Positions 1 through 9,990 of a DNA stretch of 64,000 bases are shown here, in pieces. A program made the translations under genes and the position numbers. This DNA comes from Oligoflexia bacterium. GTDB lineage: Bacteria; Bdellovibrionota; UBA1018. Positions within the stretch are counted from its first letter, which is position 1; the number at the start of each line of letters is the position of its first letter. A model generated the notes under the pieces. The model was not told the origin of the DNA, did not search any database, and was given only the letters and a program-made list of their open reading frames with translations. The stretch spans positions 1,280,001 to 1,344,000 of the forward strand of contig CAVWVI010000003.1 in assembly GCA_963758495.1 (NCBI GenBank), read 5' to 3'.

Positions 1-401
1 ACCAACAAAAGTGTGACATTTCCAATTCCTGGCCTCAATGAAATCAAGTAGAGAATGACGGCAAATAAAATCGCACCCACAAACGCTGTCCCCGCCACTC
101 CTACAACCATCCACTGGAGACCGAGGGAAATACCCAGCACCGCACCTAAAGCCGATCCAGATGAAATCCCCAAAGTATAAGGCTCACACAGTGGATTTGA
201 GAAAAGGGTCTGCAAAGAAGCGCCTGCAACCGAAAGCCCGACTCCTAAAGCTGACGCTAAAAGCGTTCTTGGAAATCTAATCTGAAAGATCAACTCCGAG
301 TCCGCGTCATGAACTACCCCTAATCTAAGGGCTAAGAAAAAAGCCCCAACCCACAAGAAAACACCTCCAGCGTAAATTTTAAAAAGTTTATTTTTTCCCA
401 T
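1..401 (-). CDS. btuC: FecCD/BtuC-family ABC transporter permease (5' part; runs off window)
   Basis: Manual translation from ATG 401: MGKNKLFKIYAGGVFLWVGAFFLALRLG...IRFPRTLLA...LQTLFSNPLCEPYTLGISSG, containing the RxPR and NPLxxPxxLGISSG motifs; overlaps the end of the binding-protein gene. Confidence 0.85.
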   Translation of the reverse strand, partial: MGKNKLFKIYAGGVFLWVGAFFLALRLGVVHDADSELIFQIRFPRTLLASALGVGLSVAGASLQTLFSNPLCEPYTLGISSGSALGAVLGISLGLQWMVVGVAGTAFVGAILFAVILYLISLRPGIGNVTLLL

Positions 402-1371
402 AGATTGTTTGCTCCAAAAGGGACAACCCTTCCAAAATTCGTAATGAGGGACGCAGAAGCGCATCGCTTTTTAGCACATGAACTCGGTGATTTTTCACTG
501 CCTTCAATTGAGGAAACTGGGACCAGTTTGCCGCCATCTCTTGAAACGGCCTTATATTATCCCCCAAGGCAATAAGAATAATCACATCTGGATTCCGGTG
601 TAAAATATCTTCCAAAGAAGGCCGCGGGTAAGGAGCCTCTAAATCTTGATAAAGATTAGCAGCCCCAACCGTCAGGAGCGCCGAGTGTAGAAAAGATTTT
701 TTACCTACTACAATCACGGGATCATCTTGAATTTGAAGCAGTACTTTCAGAGGAGCATGAGAGTTTGCTCTGGCACGGATTCGATCCAAACCTCTTGTGA
801 GCTGAGAAACCATTTGATTTCCGACATCAGAAAAACCTAGAGCAAGAGAAACTAAATGAATTGAGTCTTGCACTTCCTGAAAGTCACTCGTGGCTACCGT
901 AACGACCGAGATGCCCATCTCTCTCAAGTGACTCACCTGATCCTGAGGGTTTTCATCTAAGGTTGCAAGAACAAGGTCCGGCTTAAGTGAAATCACTTTC
1001 TCGAAATTAAAAGAATGAGAAGGCCCTAGATTGGGTACCTTTTTTAACCCAGGGGGATAATCGGTAGATTCACTGACACCTATAATTCTATTTAAATCAT
1101 TTCCCAACACATCTGCTGCAAGCTCAGCGAGGGAAGGCGTCAATGTCACCACTCTCTGAGGGTGATCCACCACCTGAATTTTACTTTTCGTAGCATCAAC
1201 GATTTCACGAGCCTGACTGATCGAACCAAAACAAAGAAAATTACAAAGACAAATACAAAGACAAATACAAAAATAGAAAAAGATCTCTATTCTCAATAAT
1301 TTTTTAATAGAAAGGCTTTTCTGTATTTTCCAATAATGCATCAATATTGACCTCATGTCGAATGAGCACAA
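388..1371 (-). CDS. btuF: Cobalamin/iron-chelate ABC substrate-binding protein (true start probably downstream of 1371)
   Basis: PQRVVTLTPSLAE, EKVISLKPDLVL, LEDILHRNPDVII, AVKNHRV, RPSLR: periplasmic binding protein class III motifs. Confidence 0.8.
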   Translation of the reverse strand: MCSFDMRSILMHYWKIQKSLSIKKLLRIEIFFYFCICLCICLCNFLCFGSISQAREIVDATKSKIQVVDHPQRVVTLTPSLAELAADVLGNDLNRIIGVSESTDYPPGLKKVPNLGPSHSFNFEKVISLKPDLVLATLDENPQDQVSHLREMGISVVTVATSDFQEVQDSIHLVSLALGFSDVGNQMVSQLTRGLDRIRARANSHAPLKVLLQIQDDPVIVVGKKSFLHSALLTVGAANLYQDLEAPYPRPSLEDILHRNPDVIILIALGDNIRPFQEMAANWSQFPQLKAVKNHRVHVLKSDALLRPSLRILEGLSLLEQTIYGKK

Positions 1372-1939
1372 GAAATAACATCGCCACGCCTATCCAAAGA
1401 TGAACCCCTATTGGATTCCAAATCAGACAAGCAATCGCCGCTACCAGTAATCCAGAAATACTGGCAAGCGAAACAATTCGTTTATGAATAAATGCTAAAA
1501 CAAACCCAATCACCCCCGCCAATGCGGCAATGGGGGAAAGAATCAAAATGACTCCAAAGGCAGTCGCAACGCCCTTGCCTCCTTTAAAGTTGAGCCAGGG
1601 AGAATAACAATGACCCAGCATCACTAAAAGTCCAGTAGCCCATTGAAGTGAAGGCGTAATGTCCAGACTCGTAAATTCGACGACCCCTCCAAAAAGTAAG
1701 GTTAAAAATTGAACACCCAAAGAAGTCACCAAGAAAACCGCCAATGAGCCTTTTCCTACATCTAAAAGAAAGGTTACAAAACCAGCCGGCCAAAATCCAA
1801 TGACCCGAGATACATTAGTTGCTCCTATGTTACCACTTCCTCTTTGGTCCAAGTTTTTAACTTTAAAAATTCGCGCCACCAAGAGACCAAACGGGATGGA
1901 TCCGAGGAAAAAGGCAAAACTGAACAGATAGACTGTCAC
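1304..1939 (-). CDS. plsY: Glycerol-3-phosphate acyltransferase
   Basis: GSIPFG, GSGNIGATNVSR, LDVGKG, GHCYSPWLNFKGGKGVAT, RHEVNI. Confidence 0.95.
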   Translation of the reverse strand: MTVYLFSFAFFLGSIPFGLLVARIFKVKNLDQRGSGNIGATNVSRVIGFWPAGFVTFLLDVGKGSLAVFLVTSLGVQFLTLLFGGVVEFTSLDITPSLQWATGLLVMLGHCYSPWLNFKGGKGVATAFGVILILSPIAALAGVIGFVLAFIHKRIVSLASISGLLVAAIACLIWNPIGVHLWIGVAMLFLVLIRHEVNIDALLENTEKPFY

Positions 1940-2772
1940 GCGCTACTCACCCCTTTATCATCCTTTATATTTTGGGCCTTTATATTTTGCATCGATTGAT
2001 CTTTATTTTCAACTTGCTTCAGTCGTAAAAACAAGGCGATTGCTGCACCTATAAAGATAAAAATACAGATAAATTGACTGGTAGACAAAACATCATCAAT
2101 AACAAATCCTCGAATTAAATCTCCTCGAAAAACTTCAATCACACTTCGTATAATCGGATAAATCAATAAATAAGTAAGAGCCACTTGGCCATCAAACAAC
2201 TTACGACGAAACACCACCAAAAGGCCTAAAAAAAGCAAAAATAGCGAACCCGATTCATACAATTGCGTAGGGTGAAGGGGTATCCCTTGAAATTGCCGTT
2301 CCACTAGCTCTGAATACAAACGAACGCCAAAAGAAGTTCCTGTCGGTTTTCCATAACAGCAACCCGCTGCTAAGCAACCTAAGCGACCAAACGCATGAGC
2401 AATGACTAGCCCCGGAGTCAAAACGTCGAGTACTTTCCAAACAGGTAATTTATGTTTGCGGACATACCAAATCACAAATGGAATAGTCGCGATCGGCCCC
2501 CCCAGGAATACGAGCCCACCTTCCCAAATTCGGAAGATATCTAACGGATCATTTGCAAAGGAATTCCAACGCGTAATGACGTAGAGGATTCGAGCCCCTA
2601 AGAATCCCACTAAGAGACTCCAAAAAGTTAAATCGAGTACTTTTTCAACATCAAGTTTTGTTCGAATAGATAGCCGCTTAATCACTGAAAGGGCAATTAA
2701 AAACCCCGTCGCAATCAAGAACCCGTAAGTATGAATTGGAATTGGCCCTATTTTAAGAAGTAAAGGATGCAT
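1936..2772 (-). CDS. lgt: Prolipoprotein diacylglyceryl transferase
   Basis: GARILYV, IWEGGLVFLGG, GRLGC..GCCYG, HPTQLYE, EVFRGD. Confidence 0.95.
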   Translation of the reverse strand: MHPLLLKIGPIPIHTYGFLIATGFLIALSVIKRLSIRTKLDVEKVLDLTFWSLLVGFLGARILYVITRWNSFANDPLDIFRIWEGGLVFLGGPIATIPFVIWYVRKHKLPVWKVLDVLTPGLVIAHAFGRLGCLAAGCCYGKPTGTSFGVRLYSELVERQFQGIPLHPTQLYESGSLFLLFLGLLVVFRRKLFDGQVALTYLLIYPIIRSVIEVFRGDLIRGFVIDDVLSTSQFICIFIFIGAAIALFLRLKQVENKDQSMQNIKAQNIKDDKGVSSA

Positions 2773-3286
2773 GAACTTGATGTCCCTTTTGAGTAAATAG
2801 ATCCAACATGATTAAACCCACTCCCACACAAATTGCGGAATCCGCTATATTAAATGCGGGGAAATGGTATCCCCACTTCCAATGAAAATCGAGAAAATCA
2901 ATCACAAATCCTAATGTCAATCGATCATATAGATTTCCAATGGCTCCCGCAATCACAAGAGAAAGCGCCGTTGCAAGTTTCTTATCCTGATCTGGAACCT
3001 TCTGAAAAACATAAATAATCGAAAATAAAGCGACTATAGGAACCACAATAAAGAAGGGGACTCGAAACTTTGGATCCGCCTGGGCTAAGAGTCCAAAAGC
3101 CGCCCCTTTATTCTGAACGTAAGTTAAATTGAAAAAATCTAATACTACCGGAAGACTTTCACCTAATTTAAATCGATCTAGAATCCAAGCTTTAGTCAAT
3201 TGATCAAAAAGAATGACTGAGCCGGTAACAATCAATAAAATGACGTACTTGTTTATTGTAGTCGACTTTTTTAACGCTCGTTTCAT
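2753..3286 (-). CDS. lspA: Lipoprotein signal peptidase II
   Basis: DQLTK, NKGAAFG, GAIGNLYDR, VIDFLD, FNIADSAI; GGAGGGA RBS before ATG 3286. Confidence 0.95.
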   Translation of the reverse strand: MKRALKKSTTINKYVILLIVTGSVILFDQLTKAWILDRFKLGESLPVVLDFFNLTYVQNKGAAFGLLAQADPKFRVPFFIVVPIVALFSIIYVFQKVPDQDKKLATALSLVIAGAIGNLYDRLTLGFVIDFLDFHWKWGYHFPAFNIADSAICVGVGLIMLDLFTQKGHQVHASFTS

Positions 3287-3325
3287 GAAACTCCCTCCAC
3301 ACATCTATGACACAGATCTAAGTAG

Positions 3326-4009
3326 TTATCGACCGCGAATAGATTGATTAGTTGTTGTTCGTAAAATAACCGGTGAGCGGCAACGCCCACAATAGGGATC
3401 CCTTTGTTGAATATCTTGGCATGCTACTAAAAGACTTCCTGATTCTTGAAGTTCAGCAATGATTGGCCCATCCGATTGAAGTTCGACAGGTGCACCATGA
3501 ACTACACTCGTTCCGACACCGAGTGTACCCAGTGTACCCCATGTGCCCATTGGACAATGATCTCCAACACTCATCAGGAGCTTTTTCGGCAAGAAAGGAT
3601 GTTGAACAGACTGTCGATCTAACCTCTCTGCGTTAAATATCAGGAGAGGTTCAGATAATTTTTCAAAGCCTGCGATTTTTTCTATCGCTTCTTGAAATGG
3701 CTGTCCCAAAATCCAGATTTCATTCCCATCCAAAGTAGGAATGAGAATGGCGATGTATTGCATTCGTGAGCTCAACGTAATGCCAAGAGTTTCAGAGAGA
3801 ATCCCAGGCGTCTTTGTCCAAACTAAAATACTCGTTCGAACAGCGCCTGCATTTAATGCAACATTTTTCAACTCAGAAAACTCCGCTAAGGCCTCCCGCG
3901 TTAAATCAAACTTCACATAAATGGATAGACTGTTTTTTTCCTCATACCGAATCTCCGCATCGGGAAGAACAGTGACACAGTGGGCACACCAAAACTTATT
4001 TTCATTCAT
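3326..4009 (-). CDS. Stand-alone, degenerate IleRS CP1 (editing) domain protein
   Basis: WCAHCVTVLPDAEIRY..SIYVKF, WTKTP, HPF, GTSVVHGAP, YCGRCRSPVILR match the CP1 insertion of IleRS; no HIGH, KMSKS or anticodon domain; lies directly upstream of lspA, where ileS usually is. Confidence 0.75.
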   Translation of the reverse strand: MNENKFWCAHCVTVLPDAEIRYEEKNSLSIYVKFDLTREALAEFSELKNVALNAGAVRTSILVWTKTPGILSETLGITLSSRMQYIAILIPTLDGNEIWILGQPFQEAIEKIAGFEKLSEPLLIFNAERLDRQSVQHPFLPKKLLMSVGDHCPMGTWGTLGTLGVGTSVVHGAPVELQSDGPIIAELQESGSLLVACQDIQQRDPYCGRCRSPVILRTTTNQSIRGR

Positions 4010-4044
4010 CTTCTAAATATATATCGCAGATGAATGACGTTTGC

Positions 4045-4989
4045 TCAAGAACACTGATTGATATGTGTAATGTTATGAAAATAACAACCCCTCGGCAACT
4101 TACATTCAGGTAACGCACTGCTTCCGCCAGCCGAAGGTGTTGAAGGCATTCCTGAAGGAGTCGCTGATGGATGTATCACGGGAAGCGGAGATGGCACTGA
4201 GGACGGTAGAGTTGTTATCGGCACCATTGAAGGAACGGACGAAGGTAATGACTCAGGAGATAAGGCCCATGAAACTTCGGATCTTCTAAGCGGTAAGGAA
4301 GGAGACGGAGAAGGAGACGGAATTGGAGACAAAGATGGCGACGGAGATAAAGTTGGAGTTGGAGTTGAATCTGGGGTTGAAGTTGAGGTTGGAGTTGAAG
4401 AAGAACCCGGATAGGGAGTGCGAGAAGGGTATGGAAAAGGAGCAATCACTGACTGATAAGGTTGTCCAAGCCACCACACTGTCTCTACGTGAATCTTTGC
4501 TTTATCCCGATCTGTACAATCAATTTTTCCCCAGAGATTCCCGGTCAAGGGAGTCGCACAATTGAGAGTCCCTGAGCCATCATTTTTCAACTTAGCCATT
4601 CCAGCATCAATGATCAGATAAAAGCTTCCATCAGGCATCACTTCCCACGTATTTGCTGCACCAGAATGCGGAGTAATCCCTCGTATATCTAAAGTCTTCT
4701 TTTTACAATCCGCCTGCAAGACCAGAGGCTGCAATGGCTCGACGAGTTCAACTGAAGGTAATCCTATTGGACAACTCCAAAGCTCCAATGGAACCTCATG
4801 GGGAGCAGAAAATGATCCATATGGACACTGGCTGCCAAATTGAGCAGAACCCACTACAGTTGTCATACCTGGGGAAAATTCCATGGGAGGATTACTAGAA
4901 ATAGGCAAGGAAGAATCCAAATCCCCCCTACCACAGCCACAAATACCGATCAAAAGCGCCAGGATCGCCAGCCATGTTCTCACATTCAT
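4045..4989 (-). CDS. Putative lipoprotein with Cys-rich domain and long Pro/Ser/Thr-rich tract
   Basis: Signal peptide ending LIGIC-G-C; low-complexity tract STPTSTSTPDSTPTPTLSPSPS...; paired cysteines. Confidence 0.6.
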   Translation of the reverse strand: MNVRTWLAILALLIGICGCGRGDLDSSLPISSNPPMEFSPGMTTVVGSAQFGSQCPYGSFSAPHEVPLELWSCPIGLPSVELVEPLQPLVLQADCKKKTLDIRGITPHSGAANTWEVMPDGSFYLIIDAGMAKLKNDGSGTLNCATPLTGNLWGKIDCTDRDKAKIHVETVWWLGQPYQSVIAPFPYPSRTPYPGSSSTPTSTSTPDSTPTPTLSPSPSLSPIPSPSPSPSLPLRRSEVSWALSPESLPSSVPSMVPITTLPSSVPSPLPVIHPSATPSGMPSTPSAGGSSALPECKLPRGCYFHNITHINQCS

Positions 4990-5409
4990 GAAAACGGCAA
5001 TTGCAATTCAAAAGCCAACCAGCCATGTGCTCAACGCGTGATGTTCTCAGACCTATGCACCGTGGACTTGATTCATTAAAAATAATGCAATTAAAGTTAA
5101 AACAATCAACGTCACCGGAATGATAATCCCCGCTGGGAACCCCTCCTTTTTTTTTGCCATCTATCCCCCTGCTCTGAAGTGTCTGCGCAAGATGTGCCAT
5201 AAACTCAGATTCAAGCATTCGTCCAAAAATAGCCAATATAAAGGATAACTTTAAGATAAATATATAATATATACTATTAATAGAGCGCGCCTGGGGCCAA
5301 ATCGAATCCAGTTCTTTTGAGCAAAATGGACCTGATACTTCACCTATCTCGCATTCTTCCTAACAAGTGAAAAATAACCCTCAAGGTGCCCCACCTTCAC
5401 TGCCTTTCT

Positions 5410-7060
5410 TCACTCATTCGGTATTTGACTGAGAAGGTGCCGAGCTTCCTCCATTTTGCCCAACTGTTTATAGGACCATGCAGCGTTAAAGTAGATTTCC
5501 TTAAATTGAGCGCCCGCCTGAATACCCAAAAGAAACTCATTGAGAGCATTCGAATGTGCGCCTCGTCTTGAATAATAGTTTCCCAAGTTATTATGAGCCT
5601 CTGCATAGCTCGGATTCAACTCAATGGCTTTTTTGTAATCAGTTGCGGCGTCCTCAAACTGACTCAGATGCTCTGCCACCAATCCCAAATTATAATAAGC
5701 CTTATCTAAATCTGGACGAGCATCTCTGGCTTTTTGAAACTCACCCAACGCCAATGGCCAATCGCCTCTCTCAAAATAAACCCTTCCTAAATTATTATGA
5801 GCCATGGCAGTTCCAGGATACTTCTCTAAAACATCTTTCCATAAACTCTCACCATCCGCCCACACCAGCGATCTCTCAGAAGTGAAAAGACCCTGCGTAC
5901 AAACCAGAATTACGATAAAAAATAAGAAAACAGGAGCCAAATACCCTTTATACCCTTTTTTGCTTTTTAAGAACTGATGCGCAGTACCCACTACGAAAAA
6001 CAGTAAACCAATACTAGAAAGATAAAGATACCTGTCATTAAAAATAGAATATTCTCCAAATGGAATTATTTTTAAAACGGGGACCAAAGCAAGAACGAAA
6101 AACATCATTCCAAATGTCGCACCTTTCGAACGCAAACCCGGAGTAATGCAATACACAAAGAGGAGCAATCCGAGGATCAACACCGGAATATACATATGAT
6201 TAGATAAATGAATCAGCCGAATATCATAATAAGCCGACAACTTCAGAGGATAGACAAATTGATAAAGGTAAAACACAAGACCCTTTGCCGCCCAGATTCC
6301 CCTTCTCAATAAAGATAAGCTGAAAATTTCGGGTGGATGAAGCAAATGATTTGAATAACCTTGAGCAGTGAATAACCCCATCCCGAGAGATAGAATAAAA
6401 AATGGAACCTTCTCCAGAACCATGCGAGTTGTGATCTTTCGTTTTTCAAGCTGATCTAATGCAAAAAACAAAACAGGAAGTACAACGGCAATGGATTTAG
6501 AAAGAAGCGTTAAAACGAACACGACCCAAACGACACAATAACTTTTCCAACTCAATGAAACACGAATGTACCGAATATAGGCCAAAAGAGTGAGTAAGAA
6601 AAAAAAGAGTAGAGACTGTATAATTACGTGCAGCAACCCAGGATACCGCTTCCACATGCACAGGGTGCGTCAAAAAAAGTAACGCGATCAAAAGTGCAAT
6701 GATGCGATTTCCATCCCACAACTTCACACAAAGGCTAACCACTAATATTGAATTGATGACATGCAAAATAAGACTCGTTAGATGAAAAACGAATGGGCTT
6801 CCACCTCCTAATTGATAATCCAAACTGAGACTAAATAAGGTCAAAGGATAATAATTACTGACTAATACAGTATTGAGAATTCTCTTAAGATCAAAATGCT
6901 GGATCGCAGCATTCCCTAGAAAAATCGAATCATCCCAATTCGTAAAGCCGTTCCCCAGGCTTTTCCCGTAAATACAAAATGCAAGGAGAGTGAGCCAGAA
7001 TAGGATAAGAACAGTTTGAAGATTTTTATTTTTTAAAATTTCCAGCTTCTTATAATTCAC
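5410..7060 (-). pseudogene. TMTC-like GT-C glycosyltransferase with C-terminal TPRs, split by a frameshift in a T8 run
   Basis: ORF 6497-7060 has FTNWDD, YYPLT, FHLTSLILH, HPVHVEAVSWVAAR; ORF 5410-6657 has LLSK, EKVPF, DRYLYL, W...SLW and TPRs; removing one T from the run at 6599-6606 joins them (VSTLFFLLTLLAY). Confidence 0.8.
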
Positions 7061-8385
7061 TGATCTAGTTTAGCAAGTAATCGAGGAATGTGTTTAATCA
7101 AATAAAAAGGCACTGAAAGAATATTTCCATCTAATGATAAAGGTGCAGCAGAAATTTTTAACCCCATGGGGGCTTTTTTTTCCTCCATAAACTTGTGAAG
7201 TGATTTAAGGTGACCTCCTTTTCCAGACTTAACCTCAATTGGCATAATACGAGATCCCACTTGAACTACATAATCAACTTCTGCTGAGCTATTCTTCTTT
7301 TCTCGTTTCCAGAAATAAAGATGAGGGGTCTCGTAGCAGTCTTGATATGCAAGTAACTCTTGTCCTACCACTTGCTCGGCCAGCGCTCCTGAACGAATTT
7401 GTAAAATATCTTCTTCCCATGGCATCTGTGGATTCACTTTCCCCGCAGCTTGTAACAAACCGACATCTAGAAATAGAAGCTTAAATTTTTTCTCATCAAC
7501 TTGAGATTGCAGCGGAATACCTGAAGCATTTGTTTCAAAAATGCAGTGAACTAGCCCAGACCATGTGAGCTGTTGAAGTGCTACTTTAAGCTCACGAGAA
7601 CGAGCTTCAGGATCAATTTCAACATACTTGAAGTGCTGCCCTACGACTCCAGGAGCTTTCTCGAAAAAGCGCTGAAGGTATTTATGCTGTGCCTTGGTGG
7701 AATACTTTCCGAAATCACTTTGATAGGATTGCAAGAGTGCTTGATGAATTCGATAAGACTCTAAAAACGTTTTACTTTCCACAAAAGCTTTTACAGCCGC
7801 CGGCATTCCCCCCACAAGGAGATATTGTTTGAATAGAATCAATATATGTTCATGAAGCCCACTCTCGAACTGGTCTGATAAAGTAATTTTAGATAAATAC
7901 TCTATTATTTTATTTTCCCCCAATGCGTCTAAGAACTCTTGAAATGAGAGAGGTTTTAAATAAATGAATTGAACCCTACCTACCGGAAAGGAGAACTTTT
8001 CTTCCTGCAATGTAAACTCTAAAAGTGAACCTGCGCCTATCACATGAAGCTGCGGAAGCTTTTCTTTGAAATAGCGTAATGACAGCAAAGCTTTTGGACA
8101 TTCTTGAATTTCATCAAAAAACAACAAACATTCACCTGGGCGAATACTCCTATTCGTCAAGATTTCAAGAGTTGAAATAATTTTAAAAGGATCCAGAGCC
8201 TCAAAGGCCCTACCCAAAGAAGGCTGAAGCTCAAAATTAAGAGTGATCACCGACTTAAAATGTTCACTGCCAAAGTTTTCAACAAGATAGCTCTTACCCA
8301 CCTGCCTGGCACCTCGAAGAATAAGAGGGAGGCGTTCCGCTTGGTTTTTCCACTGAATCAGGACGTCTTGTAATTCACGTTTCAT
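7057..8385 (-). CDS. AAA+ ATPase (AAA_14) with DUF4143 and C-terminal PD-(D/E)xK-like nuclease motif
   Basis: Walker A GARQVGKS, Walker B FFDEIQ, GGMP, EVDYV...PIEVKSG; likely start MKRELQ at 8385. Confidence 0.85.
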   Translation of the reverse strand: MKRELQDVLIQWKNQAERLPLILRGARQVGKSYLVENFGSEHFKSVITLNFELQPSLGRAFEALDPFKIISTLEILTNRSIRPGECLLFFDEIQECPKALLSLRYFKEKLPQLHVIGAGSLLEFTLQEEKFSFPVGRVQFIYLKPLSFQEFLDALGENKIIEYLSKITLSDQFESGLHEHILILFKQYLLVGGMPAAVKAFVESKTFLESYRIHQALLQSYQSDFGKYSTKAQHKYLQRFFEKAPGVVGQHFKYVEIDPEARSRELKVALQQLTWSGLVHCIFETNASGIPLQSQVDEKKFKLLFLDVGLLQAAGKVNPQMPWEEDILQIRSGALAEQVVGQELLAYQDCYETPHLYFWKREKKNSSAEVDYVVQVGSRIMPIEVKSGKGGHLKSLHKFMEEKKAPMGLKISAAPLSLDGNILSVPFYLIKHIPRLLAKLDQ

Positions 8386-8386
8386 A

Positions 8387-8462
8387 TTACCTTGGATAAT
8401 AACCAAATAATGGACATTATCCAAGGTAATTATATCCATTATTTGGTTATTATCCAAGGTAA
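8387..8462. repeat. Perfect 28-bp inverted repeat with a third partial copy in the loop
   Basis: TTACCTTGGATAATAACCAAATAATGGA (8387-8414) is the reverse complement of 8435-8462; ATTATCCAAGGTAA also occurs at 8416-8429. Confidence 0.9.
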
Positions 8463-8650
8463 GTTACAATTCTGGACTAAAATGCATAGGAGTAAAGAAT
8501 GCAGGACTCAGTGCCCAAACTACAATCAAGCTCAACTCTGGGCACTTTGAGAGCAGTAATGGTGGAGCTTGATTGCAGTCTGGGTCGTACTGAATCAAAG
8601 ATAGGGACTTGTGACAGCGGGGGACGGGATCTTTACGCTGCCACAAGTCC

Positions 8651-9988
8651 CTATCCTTTTGTTATCGTCTCAATCATCCCCCGCAAACTCACCTGGCCAG
8701 TATAGTTTCCAAAGAGAATTCTTCCAGGCTGAGAACACCATCCGCTTTTTGCCATCTCCCATGCCGTCATCAACTTTTCGCCGTACTGAGGTATTGCTTG
8801 TTGCCATTGATGAATCACACAACCATCCACGGTGCCCCGTAGCCCAAAAAGAAAGCGTAGCTCCGTCTCGATGACTTCCTGAATACGGCTTTCTTCAGAG
8901 TGAAACACTTCCACATGCGCAGCTCCACCCAACATGACCGTCATTGAAACAAATTCATCCTCATTTAAGACACGATCTACAAAAGCACTCGAATTAAAGA
9001 GAACCCCCAGACAACTACGTCCTTCCTTTTCAGGAATCAGGACACCCACACCTTGAGGAACGCGTGCCAATTTGTCTTTTTTCACAAAAACACTGGCGCA
9101 GACCAATGACGTATAAGGAACCTCCTGTAACGCACGAGACAGCTTATGATCATGCCCTTCTAGTAACCCCCCCGCAACACCTGCCGGAACAGTCAGAATG
9201 ATATTCCCGGCTACGGGCAGTTCCTTTACAGGCATTCCAGTCACTAATCGGTCTCCCAATCTTTCACGCAGTCTCTTCTCCAAATGATGAACGAGATCCT
9301 CCATACCGTTCTTCGGAGCCATCATGACGGGTTTTGTATTCCCATCCTGATTGTGAACTTTCTTCCACATTTTTTTTCCAAAATTTTTCCACTGATTTTT
9401 CCAGTGATTTCTATGGATTAATTTTGACAATTGATAACTCAAGAAAGAATGTCCACGCGGCACGACTAACGATGGAAAAGCAGCGCCTATTGAAATTTCC
9501 AGGGGATCCGCTCCGTAGATCCCATGGATCATAGGATTAAATAAATAATCCAGTGAAGCCTGACCCAAATACCTTTTTACCCACTGACTCACACTCAATT
9601 TCTCTGGCTCGGTTTTCGAATCCGCTAAAACAAAGTAAGCACGAGTGAACGCCTCAATCACTTCGCTCGCCCGAAGAGGAAAGCGTTTCATTTTTCCATT
9701 TCTTAAAATAAAGCGCGCCTTTGAATCACGTCGGATTCCGACTAATTCAACTCCCAGCTCATCACAAAAACGACGTACCTTTTCGGTCACTAAAATCGAA
9801 TGCGCCGCTCTTTCCGCTATCCCCCACGGGGTTCGCTCAGTTCGGATCAAACCCCCCAAAGTAGTTTCCGATTCAATCAACCGAACATGATACCCTTTTT
9901 TATCAAGCTTATATGCAATCAGTAGCCCGGCGATTCCGCCTCCTACTACTGTCACATCTCGTTGATTTAAATTGAGCGTTCCAATCAT
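8651..9988 (-). CDS. hemY: Protoporphyrinogen/coproporphyrinogen oxidase (HemY family)
   Basis: VVGGGIAGL FAD motif, GGLIRT, GIYG, GVLFNSSAF, AIPQY; last gene of the hem operon. Confidence 0.85.
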   Translation of the reverse strand: MIGTLNLNQRDVTVVGGGIAGLLIAYKLDKKGYHVRLIESETTLGGLIRTERTPWGIAERAAHSILVTEKVRRFCDELGVELVGIRRDSKARFILRNGKMKRFPLRASEVIEAFTRAYFVLADSKTEPEKLSVSQWVKRYLGQASLDYLFNPMIHGIYGADPLEISIGAAFPSLVVPRGHSFLSYQLSKLIHRNHWKNQWKNFGKKMWKKVHNQDGNTKPVMMAPKNGMEDLVHHLEKRLRERLGDRLVTGMPVKELPVAGNIILTVPAGVAGGLLEGHDHKLSRALQEVPYTSLVCASVFVKKDKLARVPQGVGVLIPEKEGRSCLGVLFNSSAFVDRVLNEDEFVSMTVMLGGAAHVEVFHSEESRIQEVIETELRFLFGLRGTVDGCVIHQWQQAIPQYGEKLMTAWEMAKSGWCSQPGRILFGNYTGQVSLRGMIETITKG

Positions 9989-9990
9989 TT

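Noticed and set aside
4215..4565. Overlapping ORFs with QLQPQL or ELELNL repeats
   Set aside because: Alternative-frame shadows of the Pro/Ser/Thr tract of the lipoprotein.
4928..5236. 102-aa ORF or T-box leader upstream of the ileS-like gene
   Set aside because: No recognisable protein motif and no T-box consensus found; a lipoprotein gene intervenes.
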